NCBI GenBank assembly: GCA_963798085.1
Contig: CAWCRS010000007.1
Coordinates: 384,001 to 448,000 of the forward strand
Source: an uncultured Gemmatimonadales bacterium
Lineage (GTDB): Bacteria > Gemmatimonadota > Gemmatimonadetes > Longimicrobiales > RSA9
DNA length: 64,000 nucleotides
Direction of reading: 5' to 3'
Both the position numbers and the translations under genes were made by a program. Below the pieces are notes generated by a model. That model did no database searches and was not told where the DNA came from. It was given only the letters and a program-made list of their open reading frames with translations. Each line of letters begins with the position of its first letter. The first letter of the stretch is position 1. Below are positions 22,755 to 31,471 of the stretch, piece after piece.

Positions 22755-24260
22755 TCAGGTCGACGCGGGCGCCACCGCCCGCGGGACATGACCTCGCCAG
22801 ATGAGCCAGATCACGACGCCGGCCAGCAGCAGCAACGGCAACGGCGAAACCTCGGCGGGCACCCACGCACGGAACATCTGCATGCGCGACAGCGTGGTGA
22901 GCGCCGGCAGCTGAAAACCCCCTGTCAGCACACTCGCGACCGGTCCCAGCACGCCCAGCGCGTGCCAGATCTCACGGTTCATGGCCATGCACCAGTTCAA
23001 GGTGATGGAGACCACGGACAGGCCCAACACGGCGGCACGCGGCAGCCGCAGCAGTACCAGAGCAGCGGGCAGGAACAGGAACGGAATGCCCGGCGTCATG
23101 TAGCGAACACCCGTGTTCCACTGCAGCCGGCTGTAGTTGTTGCCCGCAAAGAAGACCCAGAGTCCGATGAACAGCAGCAGACAGGCCCATTTTTCGAGCG
23201 TCGGCAGATCCGGCCTGCCGCGGCGCAGGAAGGGCGCGAGGAAACCCAGCAGCAGTACCGGCGCACAGGTGAAGATACCGAAGCGCAGATCAAAGCCCAG
23301 CGAGAACAGCAGGGAAAACTGCGGCATGCTGTAGCCCTGATAACCAAGATCGATGTACTCGACCGGCGGCATCCACGCCTGTCCCGGCAGGAACGGATTC
23401 CCGAACGAACGCCACTGGTAGAGCCAGAGCAGGAACACGGGACCGAGCGTGCCCAGCACGTAGAGCGCGCCATAGCGCAACGCATTACGCCGTGTTCCGT
23501 CCGCCAACTGCTTCGCGAGTGCGTACGCGAACAGGCCCAGGAGAAACACGACACCGCTGTAGTCGAACAGCATGGCCGTGCCGCCCGCGACACCCGCCAG
23601 GAAATGACGCGGGCCGGGCGCGGGCTTGTCGTTCGCAGCCGGATTCCACAGTGCGAAGAACCCGGCAAACGCAATGTGGCCCAGCATCAGGTTGTGATTC
23701 AGAAAGCCCGTGCGGAAGAATACGGGCGTGCCGAACGCGTAGAGCAGAGACAGCCAGAGCGCCGTGCGATCATCGCGCAGCACGGAGCGCAGCGCGAGAA
23801 AAATGAGCACCACACCCAGCGCGGAGCCGGGCGCCATGAAGAATGCGTGTGTCACGAACGCCGCCAGACCCAGCTTCACATCGAGATTCCGACGATAGGT
23901 TTCCGCGAAGAATTTCTCCGACCGGGTGCGCGGCGAATCGAATGCAGGCGGCACTGTGTCGCCTCGTGCCAGCCGGCCGGCGCGCACCTTCGCCACCACG
24001 CGATCGATCACGGGCCGCGCCAGCGCGTAGGGAATGGCCGCTAACATTGAGACGCCGGGATTGTTGCCAATGTGCCAGCCGTAGCCGGGCTTCTCGAACA
24101 GGTCCGGGTGCAGGTTGGCGTACTCGTCCAGACGGAACGTGAAGTGATCACCCAGCGCTACGGCCGGATAATGCTCGCGCACGATGTCCGTGGCGAAGTG
24201 CAGGCCGTATACGATCCAGCACGTGAAGAACAGCCGCCAGCCGAGTGACTTCGCGGTCAT
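22755..24260 (-). CDS. Polytopic membrane protein, probable GT-C glycosyltransferase
   Basis: Many TM segments, large loop after TM1, YAFGTP, NHN and RY near the C-terminus; lies directly upstream of a GT2; start could be up to 24371. Confidence 0.6.
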   Translation of the reverse strand: MTAKSLGWRLFFTCWIVYGLHFATDIVREHYPAVALGDHFTFRLDEYANLHPDLFEKPGYGWHIGNNPGVSMLAAIPYALARPVIDRVVAKVRAGRLARGDTVPPAFDSPRTRSEKFFAETYRRNLDVKLGLAAFVTHAFFMAPGSALGVVLIFLALRSVLRDDRTALWLSLLYAFGTPVFFRTGFLNHNLMLGHIAFAGFFALWNPAANDKPAPGPRHFLAGVAGGTAMLFDYSGVVFLLGLFAYALAKQLADGTRRNALRYGALYVLGTLGPVFLLWLYQWRSFGNPFLPGQAWMPPVEYIDLGYQGYSMPQFSLLFSLGFDLRFGIFTCAPVLLLGFLAPFLRRGRPDLPTLEKWACLLLFIGLWVFFAGNNYSRLQWNTGVRYMTPGIPFLFLPAALVLLRLPRAAVLGLSVVSITLNWCMAMNREIWHALGVLGPVASVLTGGFQLPALTTLSRMQMFRAWVPAEVSPLPLLLLAGVVIWLIWRGHVPRAVAPAST

Positions 24261-24670
24261 GCGCAGAGGTGCGCCGTCGCCGCTTTCCCGCTTCCGGGCG
24301 ACATCACCTTCAAGCACCCCACTCGTTGAGAAACGCGGGCGCACCGAGCCAGCTGCCACTCGCACGTTCACGATGTGATTCGATCATCCCATCAAGGCTA
24401 GCCGCGCCGAGGCGCTCGCCACAGCGAAGGAGGAACCGATTCGACAGCGCGGCGCCACCGCCGAAGGGCATTTACCGCGCCATCTCCAGAGGCTTCGGCG
24501 GCCTCTCTGTAGAGGGGAAACGCAGGCCGCGATCGCGTCATCCAGCGGTCACCTTGTCGCGCCGGCGCTGCACGTGATGCGCCTCGGGCGCAGGGGAATT
24601 CGCCGGCCTCCTGGCTGCCATCGAAAAGACGCGGGCGGGGGTGACGCAGACACAGGATGCCCATCGTCGC

Positions 24671-26089
24671 TCAATCTTCTACCACGTGCGTGGCGAAGAT
24701 CTGACGGTAGTCATGCCAGCGGTTTTCGTCGAATCGACCATCCCGCAGACAATCCACTGCGGCGTATGCCATGTACAGGGCGTGGTGCGTGTTATCGTGC
24801 GCGAACAGGCCTTGCCGTCCATAGCTGAGAAAGCCGGGCAACTGCTCGACCCAGCCATCGAGCGCCTCGAAATGGCGCTCGTATCCATGGCGATAGATGG
24901 GATACGCATGGCGCAGCCGGCGGGCTTGCACACCGACGGGCGGGCGAGGCAGCGGAACGCCTGCGCGCTCCAGGTCCGCAGCCACCAGCTGGCCCAGCTC
25001 CGCATCCGACATGCGCCAGCGCTCGTCGTCGGCAGCGCAGGGGAGCTCGGCGCAGAGCGTGGTGCCGCGCAGTTCCGTGCGGACCGCGTAGTTCTTGGGC
25101 TCGGAGAGCCGTGTGATCGCGATGTTCGCGGCCGGGAAATAGTGCGCGTCGTATTCCGTGAACTGGTCCACATCGAGCGTCAGATACACGAGGATCATGG
25201 CGCGGTATGCGATGGAAGCGGCCGCGTCCGTGACGCGGGCGGGCGCGACCGGCTGCACCAGACGTGTGAGCAGCGAGACCGGCACCGTCGACCAGACGTA
25301 CTCCGCCTGCAGCTCGGTGACGTCATCTCCTTTCCGGGCGACGACGTTCCAGCAACCTGCGTCGTCGTCACGCCGCAGCTCGGTGACCTTCCAGCCGAGC
25401 ATCATCTGCGCACCCGCCGTACAGGCCGCCGCCGCGTACGCCTCGCTGATCTGGCCGTAGCCGTTGCGCGGATAGAAGAAGCGGCCGGCGCCGGGCGGCT
25501 TGAGTCCCGGCACCGAGCTGAGCACCTTGCGGATGAGCTTCGTGAACGATGCCGCCGACACGCGCCGTTTCGCCTGGATGGGCGAGAGCGCATCCGGATC
25601 CTCGCCCCAGATCTTGCGGGCGTACGGGAAATAGAACTCGCGACAGATCGTGGGCCCCAGACTCTGCCACAGCACGGACGCGAAGCTCTCGGGCGAGCCG
25701 TTGCGGACGTACGGCTGCTTGCGCACGCGATCCAGCAGTGTGCCCGCCGCGAAGGGCGGATCCAGGTGCAGCAGCAGGTCCACCGGCTTGAGCGGGAAAT
25801 GGATCCAGCGGCCGCGCAGACCGATGCGGCCGTGACGGGGACGATCGAGGAGATCGTCGCCTAACAGACTCTTGATATCCTGCATGACCGCGGCATCACA
25901 CGCGGGGTGCAGGCGGTGGCTGCCGAAGTCCACGCGCTGAGCGCCGATCTCGAAGCTGCCGGCGAGACCGCCCACGCGTTCATTCTGCTCGATCACCGTG
26001 ACGCTGGCCTTGCCTTCGCGGCGCAGCTTGTACGCGGCGCCCAGGCCGGCCGGCCCCGCGCCGAGAATCAGAACGCGCGGCTCAGCCAT
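24671..26089 (-). CDS. FAD-dependent oxidoreductase (HemY/UDP-galactopyranose mutase-like fold, glycan-cluster type)
   Basis: ILGAGPAGL, RVGGL, DFGSHR, YARKIWG, FFYPRNGYGQ, AYPIY and GRQGLF. Confidence 0.82.
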   Translation of the reverse strand: MAEPRVLILGAGPAGLGAAYKLRREGKASVTVIEQNERVGGLAGSFEIGAQRVDFGSHRLHPACDAAVMQDIKSLLGDDLLDRPRHGRIGLRGRWIHFPLKPVDLLLHLDPPFAAGTLLDRVRKQPYVRNGSPESFASVLWQSLGPTICREFYFPYARKIWGEDPDALSPIQAKRRVSAASFTKLIRKVLSSVPGLKPPGAGRFFYPRNGYGQISEAYAAAACTAGAQMMLGWKVTELRRDDDAGCWNVVARKGDDVTELQAEYVWSTVPVSLLTRLVQPVAPARVTDAAASIAYRAMILVYLTLDVDQFTEYDAHYFPAANIAITRLSEPKNYAVRTELRGTTLCAELPCAADDERWRMSDAELGQLVAADLERAGVPLPRPPVGVQARRLRHAYPIYRHGYERHFEALDGWVEQLPGFLSYGRQGLFAHDNTHHALYMAYAAVDCLRDGRFDENRWHDYRQIFATHVVED

Positions 26090-27062
26090 GATTGCGGCCT
26101 CCCGATGCGAGTACGACCGGTCGCGTGGCATCAGCCCAGCGCACGCCCAGACCGCGCCCTGTGACCCACCAGTAGAGGCCGCCCAGCAGGCCGCCCACGA
26201 TAATGATCGACTGCCAGATCAGCGACGCCACCACGCCCAGTGCCATCGGTACGCCGAACGGCACCAGCAGGCCACCCAGCGTGGCATCACGCACGGCCAG
26301 CCCCCCCACCGAGAGCGGCACCAGCGCCGCCAGCTTGGCCAGCGGCCAGACCAGGAACCAGACACCCAGCGGCACATCGATGCCCAGCGTGCGGCCGATC
26401 CAGTAGTTGAGCACGACGAAGCCCGACTGCATGCCGATCGATATGGCAGATGCGGTGAGCGCGGCGCTGCGGTCGCGGCTCAGATAACGCAGTGCTACCA
26501 GACTGCGCCCCACCCGCCTGCGGAACCGCCGAGGCCAGCGGCGCAGCGGCAGGCGCAACAGCACGAGGACCATGGCACCGACGGCGACCGCGGTGAGCAG
26601 GAGCCCCACGCGCAGCAGCATGTCGCCCCATGCGGGTAGCGAGCCGCGCGCCAGCACAGCGCCCACGGCAAGCAGGATCGCCGTGGTCAGGATGTCCATC
26701 AGGCGATCCGCAATGCTGCCCAGAATCGTTGCCTCGGGACGACCCGTCGCCCTGGCCGCGAGCGCGGCGCGGATCACGTCGCCTCCGACAATGCTGGGCA
26801 GGCAGGTGTTCGCGAACACGCCGACGAAGTAGAAGCGCACGGCATCGCGCGATTGCAGGTTCGCGCGGCCGGCATTCACCAGGCGGCGCCACTTGCTCGC
26901 GCCGAAACGATGACCCAGCAGGAACCCCGCGAGCACGCCCAGCCACACCAGCAGTGACATGCGCGAGATGGCCTCGCGTACCTGCTCCCACGGCAGGAAG
27001 TAGAAGAGCCCCACCAGCAGGCCCACACTGACCAGAATCTTGATCCAGAGCTTGAGCTTCAC
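26082..27062 (-). CDS. Lysylphosphatidylglycerol synthase TM-domain (UPF0104) flippase-like protein
   Basis: KWRRL, FANTCLPSIVGGDVIR, ADRLMD and VPLSVGGLAVRD; about 8 TMs; GTG at 27062. Confidence 0.85.
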   Translation of the reverse strand: MKLKLWIKILVSVGLLVGLFYFLPWEQVREAISRMSLLVWLGVLAGFLLGHRFGASKWRRLVNAGRANLQSRDAVRFYFVGVFANTCLPSIVGGDVIRAALAARATGRPEATILGSIADRLMDILTTAILLAVGAVLARGSLPAWGDMLLRVGLLLTAVAVGAMVLVLLRLPLRRWPRRFRRRVGRSLVALRYLSRDRSAALTASAISIGMQSGFVVLNYWIGRTLGIDVPLGVWFLVWPLAKLAALVPLSVGGLAVRDATLGGLLVPFGVPMALGVVASLIWQSIIIVGGLLGGLYWWVTGRGLGVRWADATRPVVLASGGRNHG

Positions 27063-27135
27063 AGGCCTCGAAAGTTGAGGTTCGACGGCGCCGCGGGGTG
27101 GCAAGGAGCGTACCCCCCGACTTCAACGGCGACCA

Positions 27136-27346
27136 CGTTTCTGGGGCGGGGGCTTGGGCTGGTTGCTGGGGAACTGAGCCGCAGGCCTGCGGGCGGGCTG
27201 GCTTCGGCGACCATCGCTGTGCGTAGACTGTCCAGTCGGCCGGATTCTCGCCGCGTGGCGGCCCAAAGCGGCCAGGCAACCAGCTCCAGGATACGCAGTC
27301 AAATCCGTTCCCGAGCAACCAGCCCGAGCCCCAGTCCCCAGAAACG
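27136..27346. repeat. Imperfect 39/40 bp inverted repeat enclosing 132 bp between divergent operons
   Basis: Arm 27136-27174 and arm 27307-27346 are reverse complements with 3 mismatches and 1 gap; a perfect 14 bp palindrome CCGCAGGCCTGCGG lies inside at 27179-27192. Confidence 0.85.
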
Positions 27347-27575
27347 GCGAAGCTGTGGCAGCGGTGCAGCAGGACTGACGGAACCGCGGGACACTGGGTG
27401 AGCAGTGAAGCGTCTTTCCTCCCGGCGAGGGTGAGGGCACGGGGTTCGCGCTCGGGAAAGGGTCGCGCAGGACACCGGAAGCGGGCGCCGGCGAGGGCGC
27501 AGGTCGGAGCGACGCGTCTGCCCGGATCTTGCAACGCGGCAGGCGACTCTCTGGCAGGGACCCGGGAACGAACGC

Positions 27576-29411
27576 ATGGTGAACGAAAAGCCGGTCTGGA
27601 TCCTCGGCCTCTCCGCCTTCTACCACGACAGTGCCGCGTGCCTGGTGCGCGATGGCGAGATCGTGGCGGCGGCGCAGGAAGAGCGCTTCACGCGCAAGAA
27701 GGGCGATTCCGATTTTCCCGCGAACGCCATCGCATACTGCCTGTCGGAAGGCGGAATCCGCGTCGAGGACCTGAGCTATGTCGGCTTCTACGACAAGCCG
27801 CTGCTCAAGTTCGAGCGCATCCTGGAGACCTACCTGGGCACAGCGCCGCGCGGTTTCGCCTCGTTCCTGAAGGCCGGGCCGGTGTGGATCAAGGAGAAGC
27901 TGTACCAGGAGAAGACGATCCGCGATGCGCTGGGCTGGAAGGGACCGCTGCTGTATGCCGAGCACCACGAGTCGCACGCCGCCAGCGCGTTCTTTCCTTC
28001 GCCTTTCGATGAGGCGGCCATTCTCACGATTGACGGTGTGGGCGAGTGGGCTACGGCGTCCCTGGGTGTGGGTCACGGCAACGACATCGAGATCCTGAAG
28101 GAACTGCGCTGGCCGGACTCGCTGGGACTGCTCTACTCCGCGTTCACCTACTACACCGGATTCAAGGTCAATTCCGGCGAGTACAAGGTCATGGGCCTGG
28201 CGCCCTACGGCGAGCCGAAGTACGTCGACCTGATCTACCGCGAGCTCCTCGATCTGCGCGACGACGGGTCGTTCACGCTGAACCAGAAGTACTTCAACTA
28301 CCTGACCGGCCTCACCATGACCAGCGAGGCCTTTAACGAGCTGTTTGGAGGACCGCCGCGCGTGCCCGAGACCAACCTGACGCAGCGCGAGATGGACCTG
28401 GCGCGCTCCGTACAGGAAGTCTGCGAAGAGATCATGCTGCGCATGGCAGGGAGCCTGCACCGCGAAACCGGCATGCGCAACCTGTGCATGGCGGGCGGCG
28501 TGGCGCTCAACTGTGTGGGCAACGGGCGCCTGCTGCGTGAGGGACCGTTCGAGCGCATATGGATCCAGCCCGCCGCCGGCGACGCGGGCGGCGCACTGGG
28601 TGTGGCCGGCCTGATCTGGCACCGCTACTGCGCCAAACCCCGTGTTATCAACCCCGGCCTGGACTCGATGCAGGGCGCCTACCTCGGGCCGGCGTTCAGC
28701 GAGGAGCAGATCGAGGACTACCTGCGCTCCGAAGGCGCCGTGTACCGGCGTCTCGATCGCGACGCGCTGCTGCACGAGGTGGCCGGCCTGCTGGCGGAGG
28801 AAAAGGTCGTGGGCTGGTTCAACGGTCGCATGGAGTTCGGGCCGCGCGCGCTGGGCGCGCGCAGCATCCTGGGCGACCCGCGCTCACCGCGCATGCAGGC
28901 ACAGCTCAACATCAAGATCAAGTTCCGCGAAGGCTTCCGTCCGTTCGCGCCCAGTGTGCTGGCGGACCGCGTGAACGAGTGGTTCGAGCTGGATCGCGAG
29001 AGTCCGTACATGCTGCTGGTAGCGCCCGTGAAACAGGAACGGCAGATCCCCATGACCAGCGAGCAGCGCAGGCTCTGGGGCATCGACATGCTCAACGTGC
29101 CGCGCTCCGACATCCCGGCCGTGACCCACGTCGACTACTCCGCGCGCATCCAGACCGTGCACCGCGACACCAATCCGGATTACTACGACCTGATCCACGA
29201 GTTCGAGCGCCTCACCGGCTGCCCGGTCGTGGTCAACACGTCGTTCAACGTGCGCGGCGAGCCGATTGTGTGCTCACCCGCCGACGCGTACCGCTGCTTC
29301 ATGCGAACCCACATGGACTACCTCGTGCTCGGCCCGTTCCTGCTGGGCAAGGAAGTGCAGAAGGAGTGGGAAGAGAAGACGGACTGGCGCATGCAGTATC
29401 AGCTGGACTGA
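27576..29411 (+). CDS. O-carbamoyltransferase, CmcH/NodU/TobZ family (SxtI-like)
   Basis: YHDSAACL, AQEERFTRKK, EHHESHAASAF, TIDGVGE, GEYKVMGLAPYG, AGGVALNC, QPAAGDAG, MEFGPRALG, IKFREGFRPFAP and NTSFNVRGEPIV. Confidence 0.96.
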   Translation: MVNEKPVWILGLSAFYHDSAACLVRDGEIVAAAQEERFTRKKGDSDFPANAIAYCLSEGGIRVEDLSYVGFYDKPLLKFERILETYLGTAPRGFASFLKAGPVWIKEKLYQEKTIRDALGWKGPLLYAEHHESHAASAFFPSPFDEAAILTIDGVGEWATASLGVGHGNDIEILKELRWPDSLGLLYSAFTYYTGFKVNSGEYKVMGLAPYGEPKYVDLIYRELLDLRDDGSFTLNQKYFNYLTGLTMTSEAFNELFGGPPRVPETNLTQREMDLARSVQEVCEEIMLRMAGSLHRETGMRNLCMAGGVALNCVGNGRLLREGPFERIWIQPAAGDAGGALGVAGLIWHRYCAKPRVINPGLDSMQGAYLGPAFSEEQIEDYLRSEGAVYRRLDRDALLHEVAGLLAEEKVVGWFNGRMEFGPRALGARSILGDPRSPRMQAQLNIKIKFREGFRPFAPSVLADRVNEWFELDRESPYMLLVAPVKQERQIPMTSEQRRLWGIDMLNVPRSDIPAVTHVDYSARIQTVHRDTNPDYYDLIHEFERLTGCPVVVNTSFNVRGEPIVCSPADAYRCFMRTHMDYLVLGPFLLGKEVQKEWEEKTDWRMQYQLD

Positions 29412-29673
29412 GCGCGGTAAGGAAGCACAAGCCCGACGCCCGGAGGCGGCGGGCCCTTCACGAGCAGAGAGCGACCGAGCGCGGCAAGGAAGCACAAGCC
29501 CGACGCCCGGAGGCGGCGGGCCCTTCACCAGCAGAGAGCGACTGAGCGCGGTAAGGAAGTACAAGCCCGACGCCCGGAGGCGGCGGGCCCTTCACCAGCA
29601 GAGAGCGACTGAGCGCGGTAAGGAAGCACAAGCCCGACGCCCGGAGGCGGCGGGCCCTTCACGAGCAGAGAGC
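29406..29673 (+). repeat. Tandem array of four 67 bp units with no spacers
   Basis: Units start at 29406, 29473, 29540 and 29607; units 1 and 4 are identical, units 2 and 3 differ from them by 3 and 2 substitutions; each contains the hairpin GCCCGACGCC-CGGA-GGCGGCGGGC. Confidence 0.97.
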
Positions 29674-29680
29674 GGGTAAC

Positions 29681-30121
29681 ATGAGTGCTGAGGTGGTAAC
29701 AGGCGTGCAGTCCCATGCGGGTCACGCGGGCGGCAAGCCCATGACCGCGGCCGAAGGACGCAAGTTCGGGCTGGTGGTGGGCGGCGCCTTTCTCGCGTTG
29801 ACAGCCGTGTTGTGGTGGCGCGGTCGCGAGACCACAATGCTCGTGACCGGCGCGCTGGGCGTGCTGCTCTTCGTCGGGGGACTGATCGTGCCGCGTCATC
29901 TCGGCCCTGTGCAGCGCGCCTGGATGCAACTGGCGCTGCTCATCTCGAAGGTGACCACGCCGATCTTCATGGGTGTAGTATTCTTCCTGGTGATCACACC
30001 GGCCGGCGTCCTGGCGCGCGCCTTCGGGCACAAGCCGTTGCTGCGCAAGCCGGTCGCGAGTGCATGGGTTGCGCGGCCCGAGCCCGCGTCCCGGCGCAGC
30101 AATCTGGAACGCCAATTCTAG
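29681..30121 (+). CDS. SxtJ family membrane protein
   Basis: RKFGL, three hydrophobic segments, P..L.P..RAWM.L, FFLVITP.G and terminal LERQF; follows the carbamoyltransferase. Confidence 0.88.
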   Translation: MSAEVVTGVQSHAGHAGGKPMTAAEGRKFGLVVGGAFLALTAVLWWRGRETTMLVTGALGVLLFVGGLIVPRHLGPVQRAWMQLALLISKVTTPIFMGVVFFLVITPAGVLARAFGHKPLLRKPVASAWVARPEPASRRSNLERQF

Positions 30122-30131
30122 GAACTCGACG

Positions 30132-30281
30132 ATGAGCATTGCACGCGAGCTGTGGGCCTTCATGAAGGTGCGCAAGAAGTGGTGGCTGCTGCCCATCATC
30201 CTGGTGATGATTCTGGTGGGCGCACTGCTGGTCTTTGCGCAGGGTTCGGTACTGGCGCCGTTCATTTACACGATCTTCTAG
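30132..30281 (+). CDS. DUF5989 / SxtK-like 49 aa single-pass membrane protein
   Basis: MSIARELWAFMKVRKKWWLLPIILVMILVGALLVFAQGSVLAPFIYTIF, with the family hallmarks RKKWWLxP and APFIYTxF. Confidence 0.9.
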   Translation: MSIARELWAFMKVRKKWWLLPIILVMILVGALLVFAQGSVLAPFIYTIF

Positions 30282-30297
30282 AGATCGCGCGGGCACC

Positions 30298-31456
30298 ATG
30301 CGCCGTAATTCCGTGTCAGGTACTCCCCCGTTGCCGCTGGCGCCTCCCGTTGCGCGCGCGCTCGGTGGACCGGCGCTGTGCGCGCTCGCGCTGCTGCTGC
30401 ACGCGCCACTCCTTGCGCAGAAGCCGGCGCCCGGGGCGCGTGCGGGGAAGCAGCCGCCCGCCGCGCAGCAGGCGGTGCCCAGGCCCGCCCCGGCGGAAAA
30501 GCCGGACGAGGAAGAGTTCACGGCGGGGGACTACAACATCCTGCGCATCGAGCAGGAGGACAAGATCTTCGTGCCCATGCGGCTCGAGGATGCGGTCTGG
30601 AGGTTCCTTACCGAGCGCTTCGTCACCGATACCGCGAACCTGCGCCGACTCGATCCCGGACTCACGTCCTACGCGACCAACGAGCTGTTCTTCGACACGT
30701 ACTTCGATACACCCACGTTCCCGATGCGCGCCATGCAGAGCGGCATCCGGCACCGGGTGCGCGAGAATCTGAGCAATCCCGGCGACCGCAAGAACGGCCG
30801 CGAGCTGATGCAGATCAAGGTCAACCATGTGTCGGACGAGGCCATGGAGCGGGGCGAGTACAAGTACGCCGTCGAATACCCGACGAAGTTCAGCACGCCC
30901 GACGATGCGCACCCGGTGCTGGGCATGATCAAGGCGGATCAGCGCGAACTCTTCAAGCAGCGCGTGCGCGAGCTGCACGTGGATCCATACCAGCTGCGGC
31001 CAATGTTCACGATCCGCGACACGCGCCGGCGCGTCTACATGCTGAAGAACGGGAAATCGTTCATCTCCGATTTCCCTCGATCACGTGACATCCGGCATGC
31101 TGTGGGCGAAGGCCGAGCTGGTGGAGATCGAGCCGGAGCTGAACGAGATCATCTTCACGGAAGCGGACTCCGCGGCCCGGCACCACATGGAGGATGTGAA
31201 CGCGCAGATCCGCAGCGCACTGGAGCAGCAGTTCCCCGAATTGAGGCAGGATCTCACGCCCAAGTACAACAAGGTGTTCAATCAGATCCGGGCGCAGATC
31301 CCGTACATCGACACGCTGATCCGGGTGAACCTCGACCGGACTTCGGACTTCTGGTCCATTGCGGGCCTGCTTGCTTTTCTGCTCGTCGGCGGCGTCGTCT
31401 TCGCGGTGCGTTCGCTGTTCCTGCGCAGGCGGCGGATGCTGCAGGCACGGGCCTGA
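30298..31456 (+). CDS. CYTH/triphosphate-tunnel-like protein with signal peptide and C-terminal TM; single frameshift near 31068
   Basis: DTYFDTP...IRHRVR, QIK, RGEYK and RRR, then after the shift ISLDHV...VEIEPE; hydrophobic N- and C-termini. Confidence 0.6.
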
Positions 31457-31471
31457 TTATTCAGGCGCGCT

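Noticed and set aside
24671..26089. hemY or glf gene symbol
   Set aside because: The similarity is at fold level only; the sequence does not distinguish these activities, and the context is not heme synthesis.
27136..27346. 6S RNA
   Set aside because: Size and closing stem are superficially similar, but there are no recognisable 6S motifs or usual neighbouring genes, and an arm copy occurs elsewhere.
29406..29673. CRISPR array
   Set aside because: The units are contiguous near-identical 67-mers with no unique spacers, and no cas genes are present.
27576..30281. Saxitoxin biosynthesis cluster
   Set aside because: Only sxtI/J/K-like genes are present; no sxtA, sxtG, sxtB or other core genes, and the context is envelope glycan synthesis.
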